A stretch of 41,471 nt of DNA from Dehalococcoidia bacterium (GCA_034430455.1 DAOUEO010000140.1:1-41471); one strand, 5' to 3'; positions 21,551-29,887 are shown, numbered from the stretch's first letter. The notes: generated by a model not told the origin, from the sequence alone. Translations and numbers: made by a program.

Positions 21551-21579
21551 TTGACAGAGGCAGGGGCGAGTCATATCAT
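21551..21579 (+). promoter_or_regulatory. Candidate rny promoter
   Basis: TTGACA (21551-21556), 17-bp spacer, TATCAT (21574-21579). A second TTGACA lies at 21605-21610, with TACATA 16 bp downstream. Confidence 0.4.
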
Positions 21580-21643
21580 AAATCCTGAAGTCTACTCGTG
21601 AACCTTGACAATCATTAGATAGCCGTTACATAGGGAAAGCGAG

Positions 21644-23182
21644 GTGACAATGCCCGAGGCCATCGCAATCGTCGTCATCGGCATTGCGGCGCTGGCGGTC
21701 GGGGCTCTTGTTGGATACAACTTACGGCTGAGGATCAGACAGGGGCAGATCGATGCTGCGGAAGGCAACGCTGCCCGCATCCTGGCGGAGGCACAGACAA
21801 GACAGAAAGAGATCCTTCTAGAAGCCAAAGAAGAAGCTATCCAAACGCGCGCGCAGATCGACACTGAGCTACGCGAAAGACGGTCTGAGTTACAGCGTTC
21901 GGAACAGCGTCTTACCCAAAAAGAAGAGAGCCTGGATCGCAAGATAGAGGCGCTGGAGCGCCGAGAGGCATCGCTCTCCTCCCACGAGGAAGAGCTGGAG
22001 AAAACAAGGCAGGAGCTACAGGAGCTACAGCGGCAGCAGAGAGCGGAGATCGAGAGGGTCTCCGGCCTCAGCAGCCAGGAGGCACGCGACATCCTCCTCG
22101 CGGAGATTGAGAAGGAGGCGCGAGATGACGCCAACCGTCGCTTGCGCCAGGTCGAGGCGGAGGTCAAGGAGGAGGGGGGGCAGCGCGCGCGGGATATCCT
22201 CGTCTCGTCGATGCACCGGCTGACCACGGACGTGGTGTCCGAGTCCACCGTCAGCGTGGTTCCCATCCCCAGCGACGACATGAAGGGCCGGATCATCGGC
22301 CGTGAGGGGCGCAATATCCGCGCCCTCGAGGCTGCCACCGGCGTCGACTTGATCATCGACGACACCCCCGACGCCGTCACTGTATCCGCCTTCGACCCCG
22401 TGCGCCGCGAGGTGGCGCGGGTGGCGCTGACGCGTCTCGTCAACGACGGGCGCATCCACCCCGGCCGCATCGAGGAGGTGGTGGAGAAGGCGCAGCAGGA
22501 GGTCGATGCAGACATCAAGCTGGCGGGCGAGCAGGCAGCGATCGACGCTGGCTGCCCGGGGCTGCACCCGGAGCTGCTGAAGACGCTGGGTCGCCTGCGC
22601 TACCGCACGAGCTACGGCCAGAATCAGCTCAAGCATGCCGTGGAGTGCGCCCACATCGCGGGGATGATCGCGGAAGAGATCGGCGCCGACGTACGCATAT
22701 GCCGCCGCGCCGGCCTGGTGCATGACATCGGCAAGGCGCTCGACCACGACATCGAAGGCACCCACGCCCAGATCGGCGCCGACGTCGCCCGCCGCTTTGG
22801 TCTGAACCAGGCAGTCATCCACGCCATCGCCGCCCACCACGAGGAGGAAGACCCCCGGACGGTAGAGGCAGTGCTGGTGCAGATCGCCGACAGCATCAGC
22901 GGCGGCCGTCCCGGGGCGCGGCGGGAGTCGCTGGAGCACTACATCAAGCGGATGCAGGCGCTAGAGAACGTCGCGCGCGAGTTCAAGGGCGTGGAGAAGG
23001 CGTTCGCCATCCAGGCCGGGCGAGAGATACGCATAATCGTGAAGCCGGAGGAGATCGACGACCTGGAGTCGATGCGTCTGGCGCGCGAGATCAGCCGCAA
23101 GATCGAGGAGTCCCTGGAGTACCCGGGACAGATCAAGGTAACGGTCGTAAGAGAAACACGGGCTGTGGAATACGCCCGCTAG
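21644..23182 (+). CDS. rny: Ribonuclease Y
   Basis: N-terminal TM helix, a long charged coiled coil, a KH domain (MKGRIIGREGRNIRALE) and an HD domain (AGLVHDIGKA...AHHEE). GTG 21644 or ATG 21650. Confidence 0.9.
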   Translation: MTMPEAIAIVVIGIAALAVGALVGYNLRLRIRQGQIDAAEGNAARILAEAQTRQKEILLEAKEEAIQTRAQIDTELRERRSELQRSEQRLTQKEESLDRKIEALERREASLSSHEEELEKTRQELQELQRQQRAEIERVSGLSSQEARDILLAEIEKEARDDANRRLRQVEAEVKEEGGQRARDILVSSMHRLTTDVVSESTVSVVPIPSDDMKGRIIGREGRNIRALEAATGVDLIIDDTPDAVTVSAFDPVRREVARVALTRLVNDGRIHPGRIEEVVEKAQQEVDADIKLAGEQAAIDAGCPGLHPELLKTLGRLRYRTSYGQNQLKHAVECAHIAGMIAEEIGADVRICRRAGLVHDIGKALDHDIEGTHAQIGADVARRFGLNQAVIHAIAAHHEEEDPRTVEAVLVQIADSISGGRPGARRESLEHYIKRMQALENVAREFKGVEKAFAIQAGREIRIIVKPEEIDDLESMRLAREISRKIEESLEYPGQIKVTVVRETRAVEYAR

Positions 23183-23277
23183 CAAGAGGACGGGGAGCGG
23201 AAAAAGAAGCGTGGAGTGGCCCTCCCGGCTACGCTGCGTCCAGCCGCTCCCCAAATCGTGTCCGGCGAGAGGAAGGC

Positions 23278-24054
23278 TTGAAGATACTGATGGTCGGGGA
23301 CGCCGTCGGCCGGCCGGGCCGGCGGGCGGCGACGGCGCTGCTGCCGAAGCTGCGTCGCGAGTTGGAGATAGACCTGATTATCGCCAACGGTGAGAACGCC
23401 GCCGCGGGACGGGGTCTCACCCTGGGCTCCGCTGAGGAGATCCTCGCCGCCGGCGTCGACATCATCACCTCCGGCAATCACATCTGGGACCAGAAGGACA
23501 TTATCAACCACCTGGACGGCGCTTTGCCGATCCTGCGACCCCTCAACTACCCGCCCAGCTCTCCCGGCAGAGGCGTGATCGAGCAGGCGGGGGTCACGGT
23601 GATCAACCTCCAGGGCCGCGTCTTCATGGCGAATATAGACTGCCCCTTCCGAGCCGCCGATGAGGTCTTGGCAAACCTGCCTCGTGAGTCCATAATCATT
23701 GTCGACATGCATGCGGAGGCGACGAGCGAGAAGGTGGCACTGGGATGGTATCTCGACGGGCGGGTGAGCGCGGTGCTGGGGACGCACACGCACGTGGCAA
23801 CGGCCGACACCCGCATCCTGCCCCAAGGCACGGCCTTCGTCTGCGATGTCGGCATGACGGGGGCGCGGGACTCGATCATAGGGGACGACGTTGATTGTGT
23901 GATCCGTCGCTTTCTGACGAGCATGCCCGTGAGGCTGGAGGTGGCCAGCGGCCCCGCCTTGATACTGAACTCCGTGCTGTTGGAGGTGGACGAGGGCACG
24001 GGACGGGCCCAGCGGATACAGCGAATCGACAGGGAATTGGCCGATGACCAGTAG
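23278..24054 (+). CDS. ymdB: YmdB-family metallophosphoesterase (2',3'-cyclic-nucleotide phosphodiesterase-like)
   Basis: MKILMVGDAVGRPGR...IANGENAAAGRGLT...SGNHIWD...VDMHAEATSEK...GTHTHV, the calcineurin-like YmdB pattern. TTG start. The conserved rny-ymdB pairing is present. Confidence 0.85.
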   Translation: MKILMVGDAVGRPGRRAATALLPKLRRELEIDLIIANGENAAAGRGLTLGSAEEILAAGVDIITSGNHIWDQKDIINHLDGALPILRPLNYPPSSPGRGVIEQAGVTVINLQGRVFMANIDCPFRAADEVLANLPRESIIIVDMHAEATSEKVALGWYLDGRVSAVLGTHTHVATADTRILPQGTAFVCDVGMTGARDSIIGDDVDCVIRRFLTSMPVRLEVASGPALILNSVLLEVDEGTGRAQRIQRIDRELADDQ

Positions 24055-24895
24055 GGCCGACTTCCACAGTCACACCAACGCCTCTGACGGCCGTCTCACG
24101 CCGACGGAGCTAGTCGACCTGGCGGCGAGGATGGGGGTAACGGTGCTCGCCGTCACGGACCATGACTCGACGGAGGGGCTGGCAGCGGCGCAGGCCGCGG
24201 CCGCCAAGCACCCCGGCTTCATGCTGATCCCCGGGATCGAGATGAGCACGGATATCCCCGGCGCCGAGGTGCACATCCTGGGCTACTTCCTGGCGTACGA
24301 AGACACGGAGTTCCAGCAGACGCTCGCCAATCTCCGTCACGCGCGCCGCGACAGGGGCCGGATGATGGTGGAGAAGCTGCGCCGCCTGGGCCTGGAGATA
24401 CTCTGGGAACGGGTAGAGGAGCTCGCCGGTGAGGGGGCGGTGGGGCGGCCCCACGTCGCTCAGGCGCTGTTGGAGAAAGGCTATATCTCCTCGTTTCAGG
24501 AGGCCTTCGACCGCTACATCGGCAGAAACGGCCCCGCCTACGCGGAGAGGCTGAAGCTGACACCGGTCGAGGCGATCGGGATTCTGGCGCGGGTGGGCGC
24601 CCTGACGGTGCTCGCCCACCCGGCGACCCTGTCGGGACTGGACGAGTTGATCAGGGAGCTCAAGGCGGCCGGCCTGGCGGGTATGGAGGTCTACTATCAG
24701 GACTACGATAAGGCGACGAGAGACCGTCTGGCGAAGATGGCGGACCGGTACGGTCTCCTGAAGCTCGGCGGCAGCGACTACCACGGCCTGGGGGGCAGCC
24801 ACGAGCGTATGCCCGGCGACATCCCCCTGCCCGACCAGGAGATCGACGCCTTCCTGGAGCGGGCCCGCGAGGCGACCCCCCTTCTCGGCTCCTAG
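24044..24895 (+). CDS. PHP-domain phosphoesterase (TrpH/YciV-like)
   Basis: ADFHSHTNASDGRLTPTELVDLAARMGVTVLAVTDHDSTEG, later LAHP and GGSDYHG motifs. The start overlaps the ymdB end by 11 nt. Confidence 0.8.
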   Translation: MTSRADFHSHTNASDGRLTPTELVDLAARMGVTVLAVTDHDSTEGLAAAQAAAAKHPGFMLIPGIEMSTDIPGAEVHILGYFLAYEDTEFQQTLANLRHARRDRGRMMVEKLRRLGLEILWERVEELAGEGAVGRPHVAQALLEKGYISSFQEAFDRYIGRNGPAYAERLKLTPVEAIGILARVGALTVLAHPATLSGLDELIRELKAAGLAGMEVYYQDYDKATRDRLAKMADRYGLLKLGGSDYHGLGGSHERMPGDIPLPDQEIDAFLERAREATPLLGS

Positions 24896-24930
24896 GATCC
24901 CCTGTTGATACTCGCCCGAGGCGCTCCCGA

Positions 24931-25584
24931 TCAGGGAGGCGTATAGTAGATGTTTACGGCTACCCAGTCGAGGTAGTAGTCGCGGCTATCGCACTCGGCG
25001 CCGCCTGAGCAGTTGCAGGTCACGCGAAGCCGGAAGTTGGCGTTGCTCAACTCACCCTCAGCCCAGAGTCTGCCCCAGATATCGGCGACCCCTCCCAGGA
25101 CAGCCGTATGCTCGCTGCTGGTCTCGGTAGGATCGACCTTGGCGGCCGTCCAGGAGGAACCGCCGTCCCACGAGAGCTCGACGCCGAGGCTGTTTTCGCC
25201 GCCGACGCCGCCCAGCCACCAGTCGAGGCGCACGCGAATGCCGTCGATGGTGGAGCCGGAGGGAATGGAGATGCCATAGTTGTAGAAGAGGTGACGGTCT
25301 CCAGGACCGTCCATGTTGGAGGCGTACAGCGGGCCGTCACCGTAGGCGTAGGTGGGGTTCAGCTCAAAGCCGTCGTTGTCGCCGCCGCTGGTCGCCGCCT
25401 GCGCGGAGGCGTCGAGGTAGCCGGTGTTGGCGAAGGAGGGGGCGGACGTGAATGAGTTGTCGAGGTTGCCGCTCTGGGCAATGTAGAAACCAAAGCCCGT
25501 GCTGACGGCAAACCCCGCCAGCGCCGACGCCGCCAGCACGAGGAGAAGGCCGCTGGCAATCTTGATTCGATTGGACATCCTCAC
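24931..25584 (-). CDS. Secreted/anchored protein of unknown family, paralog B (last gene of the SipW operon)
   Basis: N-terminal hydrophobic segment followed by F..Q.GNLDNSFTSA, which resembles a SipW-type signal. About half of the C-terminal 170 aa is identical to the upstream paralog. Strong GC3 bias. ATG 25578 (after GGGAGTGAGG) is an alternative start. Confidence 0.7.
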   Translation of the reverse strand: MRMSNRIKIASGLLLVLAASALAGFAVSTGFGFYIAQSGNLDNSFTSAPSFANTGYLDASAQAATSGGDNDGFELNPTYAYGDGPLYASNMDGPGDRHLFYNYGISIPSGSTIDGIRVRLDWWLGGVGGENSLGVELSWDGGSSWTAAKVDPTETSSEHTAVLGGVADIWGRLWAEGELSNANFRLRVTCNCSGGAECDSRDYYLDWVAVNIYYTPP

Positions 25585-25647
25585 TCCCAGCCGGTACGAA
25601 TACGCCGCGGGCCTCCACTGCCGCGAGCGCCGCGGGGCACTGCCCCG

Positions 25648-26292
25648 CTAGGACGGCCCGTAGTAGACGCTCACCGGCACCCAGTCCAGGTAGAAGTCAC
25701 GGCCGCCGCAGGCGCCGCCGGAGCAGTCGCAGGTCAGACGGACCCTGAAGTTGGCGTTGGCAAGCTCGTCTACGGTCCAGGTCCTGCCCCAGGTGTCGCT
25801 GCTGCTACCCAGGATCGCTGTGTGCTCCGACGTCGTCTCCGTAGGATCCGTTTGGGCGGCCGTCCAGGTTGCGCCGCCGTCCCAGGAGAGCTCGACAGAC
25901 ATGCTGTTAGAGTTGGCGCCGCTGTCGAGCCACCAGTCGAGGCGCACGGCAATACCCTCGATGGCGCAACTGCTCTTGATGGACATGTTGTAGTTGTAGT
26001 AGCGGTGGCGGTCGCCGGGGCCGTTGATGTTGCTGGCGTAGCCGCTCCCGTCGCTGTAGGCATTCTGGGGACTGGATTCGAAGCCGTTGTTGTCGCCGCC
26101 GCTGTCCGCTGCGTTGGCGGAGGGATTGAGGAAAGCGGTGTTCCCGGGGAAGCAGTCAACGCTGGTGATGGTACTGCCGATGTTGATCTTCTGGCCGCCA
26201 AGAAGGGCGAGACCGCTGTCGACCATCAGTGTGGCCAGTCCTGATAGCGCCACGAGAGCGGCAATGAGCAGCGTCCCTGCCTTGATCAGCAT
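25648..26292 (-). CDS. Secreted/anchored protein of unknown family, paralog A
   Basis: N-terminal hydrophobic helix. Shares blocks with paralog B (SGGDN.GFE, GPGDRH.YYNY, VRLDWWL, VELSWDGG..WTAA, NANFR.R.TC.CSGG, YLDWV.V..YY.P). ATG overlaps the sipW stop (ATGCTGA). Confidence 0.7.
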   Translation of the reverse strand: MLIKAGTLLIAALVALSGLATLMVDSGLALLGGQKINIGSTITSVDCFPGNTAFLNPSANAADSGGDNNGFESSPQNAYSDGSGYASNINGPGDRHRYYNYNMSIKSSCAIEGIAVRLDWWLDSGANSNSMSVELSWDGGATWTAAQTDPTETTSEHTAILGSSSDTWGRTWTVDELANANFRVRLTCDCSGGACGGRDFYLDWVPVSVYYGPS

Positions 26293-26858
26293 TCCGGTTC
26301 CTCTCCTGCCTGAAAACGTCGGGCTTTGCCTAGCCAGACTTGCCCCAGGAGGACGCCCAGGAGGAGGAGTGACGGAATGAGGATGAGAAGAAGCCGCCCC
26401 AGGGCGCCGCGGGCGAAGTGAACGAGGTAGCCGAGATAGGGAATGGCAAAGACCACGCGGTCCCCCGATCCTTCGAGGGTGACGGGGGCGGGATCAGGGG
26501 AGCTGTTGCTGTCGCCCTTGGTGGTGTAGACCGTGGTGCCGCCGACGCTCTCCATGTCCGTAATGCGATGGAGCACGGGGAGGGCTCTTCCTGCCTTCCT
26601 GATGGCGACGATGTCGCCCTCCTTGAGGGTCTTGCTGTCGACGGTCTCGGTGATGCCGACGCTGCCGGCGGGAAGGGCGGAGCCCATGCTGCCGCCGTAG
26701 ATGACGTAGGCCCGGAAGCCGAACAGGGTGAAGAGGGCGGGGATGGCGAGCGCGATGACCAGGAGCAGGAGCAGCCCAAGACACGCCGAACCGGCGAAGC
26801 GCACCATTCGTCCTGGTGGCAACGCCGGGAGGCGCTCTATCGGGAACCAGCTCGGCAT
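26286..26858 (-). CDS. sipW: Signal peptidase I, SipW/archaeal-ER type (S26 family)
   Basis: TM helix, then the Ser motif YGGSMGSALPAGS, the His motif PVLHRITD and KGDSNSSPD, plus a C-terminal TM helix. This is the pattern of ER-type/SipW peptidases, which lack the Lys of LepB-type enzymes. The start may be the internal MVRFAGS. Confidence 0.8.
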   Translation of the reverse strand: MPSWFPIERLPALPPGRMVRFAGSACLGLLLLLVIALAIPALFTLFGFRAYVIYGGSMGSALPAGSVGITETVDSKTLKEGDIVAIRKAGRALPVLHRITDMESVGGTTVYTTKGDSNSSPDPAPVTLEGSGDRVVFAIPYLGYLVHFARGALGRLLLILIPSLLLLGVLLGQVWLGKARRFQAGEEPEC

Positions 26859-26894
26859 CCTTACACTCCAGCTCCCTTGCCCGCAGCGTTGGCG

Positions 26895-27446
26895 CTACGG
26901 GTTGTTCTTAGTCTGCTCGGCGTCGAAGGTGAATGTAGCGGTCGTGCTGGCACCTTCGGGGCCGGTTGCGCTGGACGGCAGCTCTACCTTGAAGCACAGG
27001 TCCTCGCTGCCGCTGACGGCGAGCGTCCGGTCGCCTGAGTCATCGCCAGGGGTAGAATCGCCCATGGCGCCGTTGGCGAGTGTTCCGGTGTAGAGCTCAG
27101 ACCCGTCGAAGGTCGTGCAGTCGGTGCCCAGCGTCTTTATCGTGAGCGTCAGGGCATCCCTAAGATCCAGAGTGTCGTCGTTGGTCGCGCTGGTGGTCAT
27201 GGCGTAGCGCAGCTCAAGGGTGCCGGTGTTGGAGACTGTAAGCTGGGCGGTAACGGAGTCGCCCGGCGCCATGTTGCTCATCGTGAGAAAGGCGGTGGCC
27301 GGGGTGGTGCTAATATCGACGCTGCCGGAGGTGAAAGCGTTGGCGTCGTTGTCCGTGCTTGCAGTGAACAGTGACAGCCCCCCCAGGCCCAGCAAGCTGG
27401 CAAGAATGCCGATGGCCAAAAGGCTGAGAAGAATGCGTCTGTACAT
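26895..27446 (-). CDS. TasA/camelysin (peptidase M73)-like secreted protein with SipW-type signal peptide
   Basis: N-terminus ...LLGLGGLSLFTASTDNDANAFTSGSVDIS parallels the B. subtilis TasA signal region (...LVGGGTWAAFND....ATFASGTLDLS). The body is a Thr/Ser-rich beta-type sequence. It lies directly upstream of sipW. Confidence 0.75.
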   Translation of the reverse strand: MYRRILLSLLAIGILASLLGLGGLSLFTASTDNDANAFTSGSVDISTTPATAFLTMSNMAPGDSVTAQLTVSNTGTLELRYAMTTSATNDDTLDLRDALTLTIKTLGTDCTTFDGSELYTGTLANGAMGDSTPGDDSGDRTLAVSGSEDLCFKVELPSSATGPEGASTTATFTFDAEQTKNNP

Positions 27447-27806
27447 CTTGACATCCCTCCTCTCGAGGGCTTTGCGGCCGACCGTCCCCGGCCTACGAGG
27501 CCAGGGACAGCGGGCTGGCGATCCCGTCAGATACCTCTGGCGGCCGAACGCCGTCCCTGCCGGGCTCTTCGCGTAGGTCTGCCGGCACCCCCCCCTTCCT
27601 TGTCGAGATGCCTCCGTCGGCGGACTACGCCGGAGGAGATACGCCCTTGGGCATACGCCTCCTGATATACAGTATCGGCAGGGGCAGCGGTCTCTTAAGG
27701 GAGTGAGCCCATCAGTTATCCGAGATAGGGGCGGTGTGATAACCTAGAATCAGGGGAAGGGATCGGTCACGGGGCAGAGGGGCCAGAGAGGAGCGGGAAG
27801 ACTCCC

Positions 27807-28295
27807 GTGAAGTGCGCAACACACCCGAACGTCGAGACAGAGCTGGCTTGCAGCCGCTGCGGCAAGCCGATCTGCCCGCGTTGCCTGGTGTACACGCCGG
27901 TCGGCACCCGCTGTCGCGACTGCGCCCAGGTGCGACGCCTGCCAACCTATCAGGTCCCAGCATCATACCTGCTGCGCGGGATCGGCGCGGCGGCGGCGGC
28001 GGGAGCGGCGACCGGCGGGCTGTGGGCTCTCCTACTGCCTCAGAGGGCCGGCGCCTACGGCTTCTACGTCCTCTTCCTGGCGCTGGGGATAGGCTACGCC
28101 GTCGGCGAGGCGGTGAGCTGGGCGACCAACCGGAAGCGGGGCGCGGTGCTCCAGGGGATAGCGGCGGCGGGGGTCGTCCTCGCTTACCTTGTGCACAACC
28201 TGGCAGCGGGGGTGGGCATCATCCCCCGCGACGACATCTACGGCTACGTGATGACGGGCATCGCCATCGTCATAGCGATAGGGCGGCTCCGCTGA
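27807..28295 (+). CDS. Membrane protein with N-terminal B-box-like zinc ribbon
   Basis: CATHP...CSRCGKPICPRCLV....GTRCRDC has eight Cys/His ligand positions, followed by about four hydrophobic helices. GTG start. Divergent from the TasA-like operon. Confidence 0.65.
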   Translation: MKCATHPNVETELACSRCGKPICPRCLVYTPVGTRCRDCAQVRRLPTYQVPASYLLRGIGAAAAAGAATGGLWALLLPQRAGAYGFYVLFLALGIGYAVGEAVSWATNRKRGAVLQGIAAAGVVLAYLVHNLAAGVGIIPRDDIYGYVMTGIAIVIAIGRLR

Positions 28296-28377
28296 CGGGA
28301 TCGTCCTTTTCCCCCATCCTCTTGGGGCAAGAGCAGGCGCCTTTGGCTAGAAGGGGCGAAAACCGCTTTCCGGCGGC

Positions 28378-28644
28378 TCAGCGGAGGACGAAGGAGACCA
28401 CCACCAGGAGGGCGAAGACCCCGACGCCTACGAGGACTATCCGGCGCAGGTCGTTCTTCACGTAGCTGAAGTCCATCATCCCCGGCACTCTCGGCTTGGG
28501 AGCGGGCTGCTCCTCACCCTTGAGCGGCGAAGCGAGAGGGGCGACCCGCGGCCGGGCAGCGAGCGGCGGTGGGGACGCAGGGGCACGGCGGCGGGCCTTC
28601 CGGCGGGACGGGCGACTGGCGCTGGGGCGTGGTTGCTTGGGCAA
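28378..28644 (-). CDS. Small tail-anchored membrane protein (Pro/Arg-rich N-terminus); start uncertain
   Basis: GC3-biased frame ending in a clear TM helix (IVLVGVGVFALLVVVSFVL). TTG 28644 or the internal ATG-ATG (MMDFSYVKNDL) are possible starts. Confidence 0.4.
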   Translation of the reverse strand: MPKQPRPSASRPSRRKARRRAPASPPPLAARPRVAPLASPLKGEEQPAPKPRVPGMMDFSYVKNDLRRIVLVGVGVFALLVVVSFVLR

Positions 28645-28743
28645 TGTATCCTCGTATGCTTTGTCGGTCGGTCGGTCGAAGGAGATTATACATCGCAGGC
28701 TGTGAGGAGCACAACGCCGACGCGCCGATGCCGACCAGCCCGG

Positions 28744-29307
28744 CTACTCTTTGGGAGGAGCGTTAGGGTTATCCACCACGTCCTCACGATCCACCGCCAG
28801 GGCACCGTCCTTCCATATGTAGTGGACCTTCTTGATCCGGCTGGGGAAACCGGGGGTATCGCCGGCGCTGTAGACCGGCAGCACCTCCACCAGGTGGTGG
28901 TCCTCAAGCTGGACCTGCACCGATCCCTCCGCCGGCACCTCCGACAGCAGGGCGACGAGCTCGCCGCCGCGATAGCCGAGGACGATGAGGGCGAGGTTGC
29001 CGGCCGTTCCTCCCGAGGAGATAGGGACTATCGCCTCCTCCCGGCCGTCGCCGGTGAGGTCGGCGTAGAGGACGTCCTCCTGGCTTACTTCTCCTCCCAG
29101 ACGCTGGAGGAGGGCCTCGACGTCGGCCTGCTGGGCGAGGTCGACTTCTCGTATGTCCAGCGGCGCCGGGGAGGGCGTGACCCCAGACGTGGCGGCGGGG
29201 GTGGGAGTCTCCTTCTTGTCGTGACCATCACGGCAGGCGACGGCGAGGGCGGCAAGCACAGCCACCGCGATGAAGGCTATCCAACAGAGGAGCGTCGCTT
29301 TTCGCAC
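28744..29307 (-). CDS. Hypothetical lipoprotein
   Basis: Signal peptide with lipobox LAVAC, a Pro/Thr linker, then a globular domain. No family recognised. Confidence 0.7.
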   Translation of the reverse strand: MRKATLLCWIAFIAVAVLAALAVACRDGHDKKETPTPAATSGVTPSPAPLDIREVDLAQQADVEALLQRLGGEVSQEDVLYADLTGDGREEAIVPISSGGTAGNLALIVLGYRGGELVALLSEVPAEGSVQVQLEDHHLVEVLPVYSAGDTPGFPSRIKKVHYIWKDGALAVDREDVVDNPNAPPKE

Positions 29308-29422
29308 TAAGGCGTCCTTGCCCGCCGTCCGTCTCCTGCGGCAGGGGCAGGCCGTGAGCGGGAAAACAGCGGGGCACCGCGCATTGCCGGGCGGAGCCCC
29401 CTGCTGCCCCCGATGATGAAAG

Positions 29423-29499
29423 TGGCGCGCTCGGCGGGATTCGAACCCACGGCCTCAGCCTCCGCAGGGCTGCGCTCTATCCGACTGAGCTACGAGCGC
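29423..29499 (-). tRNA. tRNA-Arg, anticodon GCG as read
   Basis: The reverse complement folds as GCGCTCG-TA-GCTC-AGTCGGATA-GAGC-G-CAGCC-CTGCGGA-GGCTG-AGGCC-GTGGG-TTCGAAT-CCCGC-CGAGCGC-G-CCA. The cloverleaf is complete, CCA is encoded and A20 is present. Confidence 0.85.
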
Positions 29500-29580
29500 G
29501 CGCTATCCACACATAAGACTGGGGATGAGACGCGGGGTGCGGGGTCCGGCGCGCCATCCCCCGTCCGGGGTCATCCTGGT

Positions 29581-29666
29581 TGGTGCCGAAGGTGGGATTT
29601 GAACCCACACGCCCTTACGGACACTACGCCCTGAACGTAGCGCGTCTGCCATTCCGCCACTTCGGC
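29581..29666 (-). tRNA. tRNA-Leu (CAG)
   Basis: Reverse complement GCCGAAG-TG-GCGGAATGGCAGACGC-...CTACG-TTCAGGG-CGTAG, a long variable arm, TGTGGG-TTCAAAT-CCCAC, CTTCGGC-A-CCA. Confidence 0.9.
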
Positions 29667-29700
29667 GAACCGCGACCGTTTGCAGGCTCAAGCGCAAGGA

Positions 29701-29777
29701 TGGTGGGCGGTACAGGGCTCGAACCTGTGACCTCTTCCGTGTGAAGGAAGCGCTCATACCAACTGAGCTAACCGCCC
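29701..29777 (-). tRNA. tRNA-Val (CAC)
   Basis: Reverse complement GGGCGGT-TA-GCTC-AGTTGGTAT-GAGC-G-CTTCC-TTCACAC-GGAAG-AGGTC-ACAGG-TTCGAGC-CCTGT-ACCGCCC-A-CCA. Confidence 0.9.
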
Positions 29778-29887
29778 AGAGCTCAAGCTGCCGGCCACGA
29801 TGATTGTAGCCATCGGCGCCAGGGCCTGTCAAGGAAAGACGGACGGGCAGCGTCTACCGCGGGGCTGCGAGGGGGTTGCCTGATGTC

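Noticed and set aside
27447-27500. c-di-GMP riboswitch in the TasA-like leader, suggested by CGCAAAGCC on the coding strand.
   Set aside because: The partner GGCAAACC / GGGAC elements and the paired-helix architecture of GEMM-I are not recognisable. A single 9-mer is insufficient. This is kept only as a generic structured-leader note.
27661-27678. Shared CCTGATATAC...GTATC motif upstream of the TasA-like operon (27661-27678) and, in inverse orientation, upstream of icd (31180-31200).
   Set aside because: A 10-mer match between two sites in a window of this size is expected by chance many times over. The spacing differs (1 vs 4 nt) and the orientation relative to the genes is opposite.
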